A stretch of DNA of 64,000 bases, from assembly GCA_012519455.1 (NCBI GenBank), contig JAAYQE010000101.1, positions 1,636-65,635 on the forward strand, read 5' to 3'. This document shows positions 31,939 through 41,148 of this stretch, one piece after another (position 1 is the stretch's first letter; each line of letters starts with the position of its first letter). Origin of the DNA: Syntrophomonadaceae bacterium. GTDB taxonomy: Bacteria > Bacillota > Ch66 > Ch109. The translations under genes and the position numbers were made by a program. Under the pieces are notes generated by a model. It saw only the letters and a program-made list of their open reading frames with translations. It did no database searches and was not told the origin of the DNA.

Positions 31939-31972
31939 CCCGGCAATTCTTTCTTGCCGGGTTTTGTTTTTT
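31939..31972 (+). terminator. rho-independent terminator after hfq
   Basis: CCCGGCAA-TTCTTTC-TTGCCGGG followed by TTTTGTTTTTT. Confidence 0.7.
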
Positions 31973-32009
31973 AACCGGCTTTTTTTATTCATTTTTCTAT
32001 CGGGTTGCC

Positions 32010-32862
32010 TTGGATCATGTGTTTCGTCCGGATCGAGCCGACCGGATTAAGCATCGGTTGTTACACAAACTAGCTTATTATGAAACGCAATTCGGCGTAG
32101 AAGGTTGCGTAGGCTGCGGACGCTGTGTTACTTCCTGCATTGTTAAGATTGACCCGGTAGAAGTAGTTAGTAAACTAAAAGAAGGAAGTGAGGCAGCGAA
32201 ATCGATAATGCGTTTTCACCCTCATGCGGAAAAAAGATGTCCCAGCGAAAATCCTTATGTTTCGTTTCCAGCGGTTATCAAAGCCATAAAACAGCAAACC
32301 GGAGATACGAATACTTATACTTTAGCTTTTACCGACGAGCAATTACAAGCAAAGTATACCTTTGAACCGGGTGCTTTTAATATGATTAATGTATATGGTA
32401 TTGGCGAAGCCCCCATTTCGATTAGCTCTGGTGCGGATGAAAAAAGTAGTTTTGAACATACGATCCGCGCGGTGATACGACGAGGTCCCAGAATTAGTGC
32501 AGCGTATGATCCTGGTTGATGCAGTAAAAAGTGGACTTGCTCCTGGAACCGTACAGCGCATAGAAATTTTATCCAACCCAAAAGAGCGTTTTTCGGTTAA
32601 CTGGCAGGGGGCAGAATTAACCGATTTTTTTCCGTCACCAAGGTGGTCCTTAACCGCGCATGGCCTGGGGATTATCGAAACCCTGGAATTAGCTCGGTTG
32701 ACCCATCGCTTACCCGCCCAAATAGTATTGATTGGTATTGAAATTGAATGTGAGGAAAATTTTCGCATAGAGTTAAGCCGTGAAGTGGAAAAAGCAATCC
32801 CACTCGCAGCTGATGCCGTACAGAAGGAAATCCAAATTATCTTAAAAAATATTTATAGCTAG
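32010..32862 (+). pseudogene. decayed hydrogenase/sulfhydrogenase operon remnant: ferredoxin-like beta-subunit C-terminus, truncated gamma (FAD/NAD-binding) subunit N-terminus, and 5'-truncated hydrogenase maturation protease
   Basis: CVGCGRCVTSC 4Fe-4S motif at the end of a subunit. ENPYVS...FEPGAFNMINVYGIGEAPISISS matches a gamma-subunit N-terminus, which then stops after ~110 aa. An overlapping frame encodes only the C-terminal two-thirds of a HycI/HybD-like protease (SLTAHGLG...IVLIGIEIE). No large or small hydrogenase subunit is present. Confidence 0.55.
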
Positions 32863-32890
32863 TCCTTACGTTACCAAGAACCGGGCATCA

Positions 32891-33586
32891 TTAAATATCG
32901 CCGGTACTGTTTCTGAACTTTGAAGGATGATGGTTCAAAAGTTGCAATAGATTCTGGGTATTAACCAAATTAGGAACCACATGGTCTGCCTCTTGCAGTT
33001 GTTCCGGATTTTGCCGGTGAGCGACCCCGATACATTTCATCCCGGCCGCTTTGGCCGAACGGATGCCAGAGGGAGAATCCTCCAAAACAACACAGTTTGA
33101 AGGGGGAAGCTTTAATAATTCAGCGGCCTTGAGATAGCCATCGGGAGCCGGTTTGTGGACGGAAACCGTCTCCTTACCTACAATGACCGAAAAATGCGAT
33201 TTAAGACCCACCTGATGAATAAGGGTATTGATATTTTCCGTCCAAGCGCTAGAAACAATGGCTAAAGGATATTTTAACGTCAGGGCCTGAACTAATTCGA
33301 CTACCCCGGGGTATACCTTTATCTGATCTAAAAGCTGACGAAAAACCGCTTGTTTCTCCCGTACCCATTCCCGTGGATCTGCTTTTATACCCAGGTCCTG
33401 TAAAACGGCGCTGACAAAAACATGGTCTTCTAATTCTACGGCCGGAAAGCACTGCTCCCGCGTTACAGCTAGACCTTGATTACGAAAGGTAATTTCCCAG
33501 GCCTCAGCGTGGTACGATTCGGTATCCACCATCACCCCATCAAAATCAAAAATTACCGCCTGCCTAGAAGGGTCGGATGCTTTCAT
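32891..33586 (-). CDS. HAD-superfamily hydrolase (beta-phosphoglucomutase-like)
   Basis: Motif I DFDGVMVDTE, plus the downstream HAD motifs. Confidence 0.8.
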   Translation of the reverse strand: MKASDPSRQAVIFDFDGVMVDTESYHAEAWEITFRNQGLAVTREQCFPAVELEDHVFVSAVLQDLGIKADPREWVREKQAVFRQLLDQIKVYPGVVELVQALTLKYPLAIVSSAWTENINTLIHQVGLKSHFSVIVGKETVSVHKPAPDGYLKAAELLKLPPSNCVVLEDSPSGIRSAKAAGMKCIGVAHRQNPEQLQEADHVVPNLVNTQNLLQLLNHHPSKFRNSTGDI

Positions 33587-33587
33587 C

Positions 33588-34955
33588 TCATTCCCCCGTT
33601 TCTTCTCGTGACTTCGGTCCAGCTTCTAATACGGTAGCCATAGCTTCCAGGCTAGATAGAGCGATAGCCCGTAAAAGAGGACTGTTTATTGGACTTTGCC
33701 TTTCTTTCAAATCCAAGGCTGCAGCTAGGGCTAAACGCGCGGCCCCTATTTGTTCCGTTATCCAAAAGTACCAGGCCATATGTTCAAGCCGTCGATGGTA
33801 ATGGTTCATGGTTTCCGGCGTAAAAATACGTTCCAGCATTTCCCCCGCTAGCTTTTGCTGAAACTCCATCTGAAAAGCACCGGCCACCACGATACGGCTA
33901 CGCTGACGTTCCAGCCATTTTTGGGCGTATTCCGTTACAATGGCCGGTTCCAGCAGCCAATTTTTCATCTCTGGAGTTTGGGCCAGACCTTCTGAAGGAG
34001 GCAGTAATAAGGCTAAAGATTCTCGAATTGATTCCAGGGATATTTTTTCATAGACCGGAGGTTGCGTGTATTCCTCGGACGCTTCCAAATAGCGCCGCCA
34101 AAAAATAAAGTCCTGGGGTATGGGCCAATTACTGAGCCGGTTTTGGGATAAATACTCCGAAACCAAATAGTTCAAATACTCGCGCTCGGTCGGAACTAAC
34201 TGCACCCCGGTAGTAGATAAATCCCATTCTTTAATAAAATCATCCAATTGGCGTTGATTAAAACTATAGATACGGCAATCTTTCAGGCCAGTCTGGTCAT
34301 TGAACAATAATACCGCAGTTTCGTTTTTACCTCCGGGAGAACGCATTACGAGTACGCCCAGAATATTACCGACCCCATCTACATTAGAAACTAGCGCTTG
34401 CTGAAATTCACGTTCAGCAGAAATCTTGACCGGGGATCCCGTGTTTTCCGGCGTAGAAGCCGGGGCCACGCCAAAACTGCGTAGACGATGCCGCGCGCGG
34501 GCCACTTCTTTCCTTAACTCTTTTTCTTCGGCATCTTTAACCCCATCGGTCTCCAGCTTTTCCTCAAGCTCATTTAGAATCTCAAATGCCTCAGGTAAAC
34601 GTACGCCACCAAGGGCCTGGGCTACTACCGCGACCAGCTGTCTATTAGGATGATTAATGGTTTCGCGGCAAAGTAAAAGAGCTTGTTCCGGATGCTCCTG
34701 CGCCAGTTTATGTAGTACCGAGGAGATAATATCCATAGGAAACCCTAAAGTCTTTTCTAAGATCTGCACGTAATTAGGGACCGGTTCGGAGAGTTCTTGC
34801 CGCATAACCTGAAAGAGATTTTGCACTAAAAAAGGGTATTCTTGCTTCTCTTTTATCGTCTTTTCTTGCTGTTTGGTGGGAGTGGAATCTTTATTTATTA
34901 CCTTTTGGTCGGCTTTAGCTTTATGGTGACGAGTCCTTTTTTTCGACTTGGACAT
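33588..34955 (-). CDS. hypothetical protein (455 aa, basic N-terminus)
   Basis: Intact ORF. Its stop overlaps the start of the HAD gene (operon). No recognisable motif. Confidence 0.5.
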   Translation of the reverse strand: MSKSKKRTRHHKAKADQKVINKDSTPTKQQEKTIKEKQEYPFLVQNLFQVMRQELSEPVPNYVQILEKTLGFPMDIISSVLHKLAQEHPEQALLLCRETINHPNRQLVAVVAQALGGVRLPEAFEILNELEEKLETDGVKDAEEKELRKEVARARHRLRSFGVAPASTPENTGSPVKISAEREFQQALVSNVDGVGNILGVLVMRSPGGKNETAVLLFNDQTGLKDCRIYSFNQRQLDDFIKEWDLSTTGVQLVPTEREYLNYLVSEYLSQNRLSNWPIPQDFIFWRRYLEASEEYTQPPVYEKISLESIRESLALLLPPSEGLAQTPEMKNWLLEPAIVTEYAQKWLERQRSRIVVAGAFQMEFQQKLAGEMLERIFTPETMNHYHRRLEHMAWYFWITEQIGAARLALAAALDLKERQSPINSPLLRAIALSSLEAMATVLEAGPKSREETGE

Positions 34956-35109
34956 TCTTTCTCTCCTCCTATTTTAATTATGGTATCACCCACTAACCGT
35001 TTTGTACAGAGACGGTCTATACTATTCTAACCAGGCCAAACCTTGTCAAATAGAGGAGTTATCGATAAAATGGTGGTGATTGAATTAAGCATAAAGGGGA
35101 TCAAGTTAA

Positions 35110-35649
35110 ATGGAGAATAATAAAACCAATTTGGATTCGAACACGTCTCAATTAAACGATCAAGAATATGCCCGGTTATTAATGGCTGCAGCTAAATTTT
35201 TAGAAAAAATTGATAAGCAGGAGCTGGAGACGGTTGCAGCCGATCAAGAAACACCAGATATCATAATCGCTATGGCGGTGCACTATTTTGTTAAGGAATT
35301 AGTCCCCATTCCGGTGGAGGAAGCCGGGATGCAAAAAATAATGCAGGCCTCAGTGGATTCTAAAGAAAAACAGAAAGAGTTATTAACTTTGTACCTAGCT
35401 ACCGAACTTCTAGGCTATCAAACGACCGGTCAATTTGCCGGGCTCTCTTTTGGGGCTACGGATAAGGAATTGTACGCTGCTTATACCATCATTCAGACTT
35501 TTTACGATCTAGAGCAGCCCCATTGTCCGAATCCCGAGGTCAAGCGGGTATTTTTCTATCCCAAGTTAACCCTAGAAGAAAAACTAAAAGCGGCTGTACT
35601 CCAACGTGGTCTAAATCAACCCCATAAATGGAACGATATCAATAAATAG
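35110..35649 (+). CDS. hypothetical protein (179 aa)
   Basis: Intact ORF, divergent from 33588..34955. Confidence 0.45.
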   Translation: MENNKTNLDSNTSQLNDQEYARLLMAAAKFLEKIDKQELETVAADQETPDIIIAMAVHYFVKELVPIPVEEAGMQKIMQASVDSKEKQKELLTLYLATELLGYQTTGQFAGLSFGATDKELYAAYTIIQTFYDLEQPHCPNPEVKRVFFYPKLTLEEKLKAAVLQRGLNQPHKWNDINK

Positions 35650-35801
35650 TTATCCAAGCGGCAGTCTCTCAGATCTGGACTGCCGTCAAAATTTTACGTC
35701 TGGGTTGATGTACATCCAGGTTGATATGGTTAATATACATCCAGATTCACTAATTAGAATATATACTAATAGTAGTTTAGTGTAGAAAGAAGGGATGCAG
35801 C

Positions 35802-37190
35802 GTGCCGGTTAAACCCTCCGAGCCCTGCCCTTGCGGCAGTGGCAAGAAAAATAGATTCTGTTGTTTCCCCTTAAGCTCGCTTTTCGAACAGACTGCGGAG
35901 TTGATCAATGAAAATTATCTTAATGCAGCCCTAGAAAAGCTAGAGGAAGCAATCAGGGAATATCCCAACAATCTGGAAATTTTAGCTTACCAATATTTAA
36001 TCCTTGAAATGATGGGGCATTCTAAGCAAGCCGAGGCTTTACTAAAGCAAGTAGTAAACAAGAACCCACGGTATTCATGGGGTCTTCATCTTCAAGGGTT
36101 GCGTCTAATACAGAAAAATAAACTGGTAGAAGCGATTGAATGTTTTCAGCAAGCCCTTCTTTTTTATCCGGTAACGGCACCGGAACGGGTCGTAGCTAGT
36201 CTAAGTGCTCTAGGTGATTGTTACTATGATTTAAGTGATTACCAAACGGCCCGAAAAACCTGGCAAAAAGCTTTAGAACTGGATCCAAGCAATAGTAATT
36301 TAATTGATAATTTACTTTTTTTAATTTATGAGAATACCAGCCTCCCTGAAGAAGAACGTATAAAAGATCTTTTTTATCAACAATTTTTTACCCAAGGTAA
36401 GGCCGCGATCCGGGCACGTATTGCCACCCTACACTACGAAGCCTTTGCGGCATTTGATAATCAAGAACTAGAGCGGGCTTTTGCCTTGAGTCAGGAAATT
36501 TTAGGTTTAGATACTGAATACAAAACCGCCTGGTTTTTATTAGGTTCAATAGCCATAAAACAGCATGATTTAGATCATGCAATCCATTATTTAAGGCATT
36601 ATACCGCGTTAGAAGAAGACCGAGAGCTAGCTAAAAGAATTAGCCTACTTCTGGATGATCTCGACCATCCAAACACCATCGAGGAAAGTGAATACTTAGA
36701 ATGGGACTTACTTGATGCAAGCCTGATGAAAGAGCTAGAGCCGGAAAAAGAGGGGGAAGAGGAGGAAGAGCCCTACTTAATTTATGAGTTAACCTTTCAA
36801 ATTAGACAACAGCAACCCCTACTAACTGAGTTGCGTCAAAAACCTTTTCTCGTAGAAGAAGAAGATTGGGGCGAGGAAATCGATTACCGGTCCGAGAACG
36901 AAACCCGGTTTACTTGGTGGGAAGAGCCCAACGCTGAAGTTGATAGCCCTCTATTGTTAGGTTCTCTAATCATCTCCGGAGGTCAAATGACCCTAATCTG
37001 CCTTTCAGCGCAACTGATCGATGAAGGTCAGGATATGCTAGAAAGTGAAGTAGGGGTTTGGTTGGAAGATGAACCGCAGCTGCGTGGGCGTCTCATTAGA
37101 GGTGACCAATATTTAGAAATAAATGCTTCGGACCTCGAGAACCTAGATATTGAAGAACTAGAGGATTTTATACGTTTATCTAGAACCTAG
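35802..37190 (+). CDS. SEC-C-motif / TPR-repeat protein with an acidic C-terminal region
   Basis: N-terminal PCPCGSGKKNRFCC SEC-C metal-binding motif. TPR-like repeats. E/D-rich segment. Confidence 0.55.
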   Translation: MPVKPSEPCPCGSGKKNRFCCFPLSSLFEQTAELINENYLNAALEKLEEAIREYPNNLEILAYQYLILEMMGHSKQAEALLKQVVNKNPRYSWGLHLQGLRLIQKNKLVEAIECFQQALLFYPVTAPERVVASLSALGDCYYDLSDYQTARKTWQKALELDPSNSNLIDNLLFLIYENTSLPEEERIKDLFYQQFFTQGKAAIRARIATLHYEAFAAFDNQELERAFALSQEILGLDTEYKTAWFLLGSIAIKQHDLDHAIHYLRHYTALEEDRELAKRISLLLDDLDHPNTIEESEYLEWDLLDASLMKELEPEKEGEEEEEPYLIYELTFQIRQQQPLLTELRQKPFLVEEEDWGEEIDYRSENETRFTWWEEPNAEVDSPLLLGSLIISGGQMTLICLSAQLIDEGQDMLESEVGVWLEDEPQLRGRLIRGDQYLEINASDLENLDIEELEDFIRLSRT

Positions 37191-37228
37191 AGATAAGCAT
37201 TAGGACCCAGCTCAGGGGGGGATAATAA

Positions 37229-37849
37229 ATGTTAGAAAGTACGCAGGTCGGTCTGGTGGCGGCAGCTGAAGCTTACCTTCGTCAGGAATTAAAAACCGGC
37301 CGTTTAAGACGCCAGCTCTTTCCTATGTTAACCGGATTCGGGATTTCGGATTATCAGGATACGGTTCGAACCATGGGTCTTAATTATTTAACCGAAATAG
37401 GCCGAAGGGTGATGAATCTTACGGCTATTTCAGAGTATCCGATATTTCCGCAGGGAAAATATAATGCCCGGGATTATCGGGAGGTAAGTTTAGGCTCCGT
37501 CTGGTTGGAAAGAAGCACCAATCAGCCTTTTTTACTAGCTGAATTTGAACGTTTTGATGAGGCTCCAGGACAAATGGCCTTATTAAGGGAGCGGGTTGAA
37601 AACCTAATAATTGGATACCACCAACTGGGGGGGCACCCCGCCATGGTGCTTTTAGTATTCTGGACTTATCTCGGAACGAACACCAATCGGGTCAAACTAC
37701 TTTTAAAATTTTTAGAACAGGGATTCTCTTTATCTAATCATAGCCTGGTACCCGGTTTATCTGAGCCTACCCGACTCCTTATTTATCACTGTTTAGCTAC
37801 AGGAAATTCTAAAAATTTGATTCTTAATCGATGGATTGCACTTACTTAA
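37229..37849 (+). CDS. hypothetical protein (206 aa)
   Basis: Intact ORF, co-directional with and 38 nt after the SEC-C/TPR gene. Confidence 0.45.
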   Translation: MLESTQVGLVAAAEAYLRQELKTGRLRRQLFPMLTGFGISDYQDTVRTMGLNYLTEIGRRVMNLTAISEYPIFPQGKYNARDYREVSLGSVWLERSTNQPFLLAEFERFDEAPGQMALLRERVENLIIGYHQLGGHPAMVLLVFWTYLGTNTNRVKLLLKFLEQGFSLSNHSLVPGLSEPTRLLIYHCLATGNSKNLILNRWIALT

Positions 37850-37851
37850 AG

Positions 37852-38721
37852 TTATACCGATAAACCAAGTATTCTCGCCGCATTTCCCCCCAATATTTTT
37901 TCCACCGCTGAAGGGGCTATAGGTAAATCCCGTATTTGTTGGATATTCTTTTTTAGGTCCGGCGTACCGGGCCAGTCAGAAGCAAAGACAATCTTATCGG
38001 CATTGCGTTCAAATTCCGGGAAGTAAGTTAGAAGGCGAGAAGGCGGAAGACCCGCGATCTCCATATAGAGATTAGGGTGCAGGCGGGCTAAAAAAAAGGC
38101 TCGATCGTACCAGAAACCCCGTCCGCTGTGTACCATCAAAATATTCAAATCCGGGAAATCAACCGCCAGATCGTCAAAAAACAGGGGATCCCCATATTTT
38201 AGCCGGGCCCCTTTAAAGACCGAGGAACCGGTATGAAACATAAGCGGAATACGCAATTCCTGCGCTGCTGCATACAGAGGATAAAGTTGGTTATCATTAG
38301 GGTAAAAGTACTGATAGGTAGGATATAATTTTAACCCCCGAAAACCTCGCTTCACCACCAACTCTTCTAACCGTTGGGGCAGATTATTCTCTAAATAAGG
38401 GTTTATACAAGCAAAAGGAATTAAACTGGGGTAACCCTGACAAAACTCCTCTACTTGTTCGTTAGTAGCTATACCCGTGGTAATAGGGGATAATTCCGCT
38501 AGAATTACCGCATAGTCTACGCCACATTCTTTCAAGAAAGCGACAAAGGTCTGGGGATCCTTATAAGTTTCCCGAATTTCTTCAAAAGGGATTGGGTTAA
38601 GCGTTTGCAGCCATTCCAAAGTCGATTGGCTAAACCACTTGTAATCGGCCAGGTGAACATGAAAGTCAATTACCGGTGTAGACGGTACAGGTGCAGACGG
38701 TTTAGGCATGTTTTTTTCCAT
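37852..38721 (-). CDS. amidohydrolase-2 family metal-dependent TIM-barrel hydrolase
   Basis: N-terminal VIDFHVHL metal-binding motif and downstream His/Asp ligands. Confidence 0.7.
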   Translation of the reverse strand: MEKNMPKPSAPVPSTPVIDFHVHLADYKWFSQSTLEWLQTLNPIPFEEIRETYKDPQTFVAFLKECGVDYAVILAELSPITTGIATNEQVEEFCQGYPSLIPFACINPYLENNLPQRLEELVVKRGFRGLKLYPTYQYFYPNDNQLYPLYAAAQELRIPLMFHTGSSVFKGARLKYGDPLFFDDLAVDFPDLNILMVHSGRGFWYDRAFFLARLHPNLYMEIAGLPPSRLLTYFPEFERNADKIVFASDWPGTPDLKKNIQQIRDLPIAPSAVEKILGGNAARILGLSV

Positions 38722-38958
38722 TCCAAAACTTCCTCCTCCATATTATCAACATCCTCAACTTTCCAGTATGGTACTATTATTCCACATGTATTTCCATCTT
38801 CCTTTTAAATTTTAAAAAGGTCACCAAAGAAAGGGGGAAATTGAGGGAATTGACTGAATTTAAGTTTCCGACTAGAGTAAGATGAGAAAATTAGTTTATA
38901 ATACGCTTAAGAAAAGTTAGTTTAATCAACCGATTGAAAAAAGTTAGGAAATATTATC

Positions 38959-39648
38959 ATGATTCCAATTCGTGATTGCATGAGGCCCAAGCGTTTTCCC
39001 TACGTGAATATTGGGATTATAATTTTTACGGTAGCAATTTTTCTTTGGGAGCTTACCCTCTCCGAGAAGGAACTGATAAAGGTAGCTCATACCTACGGTC
39101 TAGTACCGGTGCATATTACCCTGGCGTTCAAAGAACCGGGTAATTCACTGGCTATTTGGAGTACCTTATTAAGTAGTGTTTTTTTACACAACGGTTGGTT
39201 ACATATTATGGGCAACATGCTTTACCTTTGGGTTTTTGGCGATAATGTAGAAGACCGTTTAGGACATGGAAAATACTTATTGTTTTATCTGGCGGTCGGG
39301 GTAATTGGAGGACTAGTTCAAGTATACAGCGATCCCTATGCTTTTAACCCGGTAATCGGCGCCAGCGGAGCGGTGGCTGGGGTGCTGGGTGCCTATGTAC
39401 TATCTTTCCCCCGGGCTAAAGTAGAGACACTTGTTATTCTAATTATTTTTGTGACCATTATTCGCGTTCCTGCTTTCCTTTTCATTCTTTTTTGGTTTGC
39501 GTTACAGTTGTTTAATGGTCTAGCCGCTTTAGCCCATGGTTTAACCTCCATTGCCTGGTGGGCCCATATCGGTGGTTTTTTGGGAGGCATTATCCTACTG
39601 CTGGTTATGCGGCCTCCAGCGATACAAAGCGAGGAGATTGATTGTTGA
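38959..39648 (+). CDS. rhomboid-family intramembrane serine protease
   Basis: Catalytic GASGAV serine motif and AHIGGFLGG histidine motif. Six TM helices. Confidence 0.85.
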   Translation: MIPIRDCMRPKRFPYVNIGIIIFTVAIFLWELTLSEKELIKVAHTYGLVPVHITLAFKEPGNSLAIWSTLLSSVFLHNGWLHIMGNMLYLWVFGDNVEDRLGHGKYLLFYLAVGVIGGLVQVYSDPYAFNPVIGASGAVAGVLGAYVLSFPRAKVETLVILIIFVTIIRVPAFLFILFWFALQLFNGLAALAHGLTSIAWWAHIGGFLGGIILLLVMRPPAIQSEEIDC

Positions 39649-39684
39649 TTAGGGCTCGGTTCTAGAGCCGCCGCCCGATCGAAC

Positions 39685-39713
39685 TTGACAAAGTAATAGG
39701 TTTACCCTAAAAT
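39685..39713 (+). promoter_or_regulatory. sigma-A promoter for tRNA-Gln
   Basis: TTGACA - 17 nt - TAAAAT, ending 17 nt before the tRNA 5' end. Confidence 0.6.
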
Positions 39714-39730
39714 AGAGATCACGAATTCTT

Positions 39731-39805
39731 TGGGGCGTCGCCAAGTGGTAAGGCACGGGACTCTGACTCCCGCATTCGCAGGTTCGAATCCTTCCGCCCC
39801 AGCCA
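39731..39805 (+). tRNA. tRNA-Gln (anticodon CUG)
   Basis: Cloverleaf can be drawn: acceptor UGGGGCG/CGCCCCA, D-arm GCC-AAGUGGUAA-GGC, anticodon stem CGGGA/UCCCG with loop CUCUGAC, T-loop TTCGAAT, discriminator G and an encoded CCA. It is closely similar to Bacillus tRNA-Gln. Confidence 0.9.
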
Positions 39806-39818
39806 TATGCTTAGTAGA

Positions 39819-39847
39819 GGCATGCAAGGTAGCATGCCTTGTTTTAT
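39819..39847 (+). terminator. rho-independent terminator after the tRNA
   Basis: GGCATGC-AAGGTA-GCATGCC followed by TTGTTTTATT. Confidence 0.7.
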
Positions 39848-39902
39848 TAAAGCTTAGACTCAATCTATTACCTTTAGCTCTCCTAAAAGAAAGAGGCAAA
39901 AT

Positions 39903-40583
39903 ATGTGGGGAATCATAGTTAATGTTTTATCCATTATTTTTGGTAGTACGCTAGGATTTCTAGTAGGCAAAAAATTACCAGATTCCATGAGCGATACAAT
40001 TATGCATGGACTAAGCTTGGCCATCTGTCTTATTGGTATTAAGATGGCCCTTTCCACCCAAAATGTGCTCATCATAATTTTAAGCTGTGTTATCGGCGGA
40101 ATCCTAGGTGAAGTCGGGGATATTGAAGGCAAAGTTAACCGATTGGGCCGATGGGTAGAAGACCGTTTTTCGAAAGGACAAAAAACAGGAGCCCTGACTA
40201 AAGCATTTGTGGCCTCCAGTCTGGTTTTTTGTGTCGGAGCCATGGCCATTATCGGGCCCCTCGAAAGCGTAATCAATCATAACCACAGTGTTCTCTACGC
40301 CAAGTCTACGTTAGACGGCATAACCAGCGTAGTATTCGCCTCGGTAATGGGGCCGGGAGTAGCCCTTTCCAGTTTTGCGGTATTACTTTATCAAGGCAGC
40401 ATTGCCCTTCTGGCCGTATGGGTACAACCATTACTAAATGACCAAATAATAACGGAAATTACCGCTACCGGAGGGTTGCTCATCCTGGGTATTGGTCTAA
40501 ACCTCCTCAAGCTAACGACCATTAAAATCGGTAATCTCCTGCCGGCGATCATCATTGCCCCGTTTCTGGTTTGTTTGCTGTAA
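39903..40583 (+). CDS. DUF554-family integral membrane protein
   Basis: 226-aa polytopic membrane protein whose pattern is typical of DUF554. Confidence 0.55.
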   Translation: MWGIIVNVLSIIFGSTLGFLVGKKLPDSMSDTIMHGLSLAICLIGIKMALSTQNVLIIILSCVIGGILGEVGDIEGKVNRLGRWVEDRFSKGQKTGALTKAFVASSLVFCVGAMAIIGPLESVINHNHSVLYAKSTLDGITSVVFASVMGPGVALSSFAVLLYQGSIALLAVWVQPLLNDQIITEITATGGLLILGIGLNLLKLTTIKIGNLLPAIIIAPFLVCLL

Positions 40584-40819
40584 AAAAACCAAAAAAGAGT
40601 TTCTTTCCGGTAGGTAGTTGCATAAATTATATAAATTACCTTTTACTAGTTGACATTTTGCGGCTACTTTGTAAAGATATAAGCATAACTAAACGAGTAA
40701 CAAAAAGGTTAAGGTATAGGTTGGAGTAGAATTGCTTTAAGAGCCAACTTTTTACTAAATATTTTGTTAAATATTTTTTATGCCTTAGCAGGAATCTTTA
40801 GTTTCATAGCGAATAATAT

Positions 40820-41125
40820 TGTAATATATAAAACTTATTTAACCATCCGAATAAGCTCTAAAGTTGCCACTAGAGGTGATGGGGGTAGCGTAAGGTAATT
40901 TAATTCGGAAAGTAGGAAAGGGCTAAGCCCGTTTTTAGCAGGACGGTAGCCTAAGGTAGTAGGTAGGTTTAAAGCCAAAAAAGGGTAGGAAGGTATGACG
41001 GTAGGAAAAGAATGCGGTGTCGCCTTGACCATTTATGGACCCTTAATTATTTTATGGGTCAAGTTATGGGTCAAGGAAGAATGCGCAATTCTCAACAACT
41101 CCTATTGGGAGTTTTTTTATTTTTA
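40820..41125 (+). promoter_or_regulatory. structured leader upstream of the TRAP operon: GGTAG-rich repeats, tandem 12-mer, and an intrinsic terminator abutting the dctP RBS
   Basis: Repeated GGTAGCGTAAGGTAA, GGTAGCCTAAGGTAGTAGGTAGG and GGTAGGAAGGTATGACGGTAGG. Tandem TTATGGGTCAAG x2 at 41052-41075. Terminator ACTCC-TATT-GGGAGT + T7AT5 at 41097-41125. The dctP start is at 41149. Confidence 0.4.
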
Positions 41126-41148
41126 AATTAAAAAGGGAGAGAGGAAAA

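Noticed and set aside
32497-32862. Calling the 121-aa ORF an intact hydrogenase maturation protease.
   Set aside because: It lacks the N-terminal metal-binding segment of HycI/HybD and overlaps the truncated gamma-subunit frame. There is no hydrogenase structural gene nearby to mature.
39730-39918. 62-aa ORF overlapping the tRNA-Gln gene and its terminator.
   Set aside because: Its sequence is explained by the tRNA cloverleaf and the terminator hairpin. It has no RBS.
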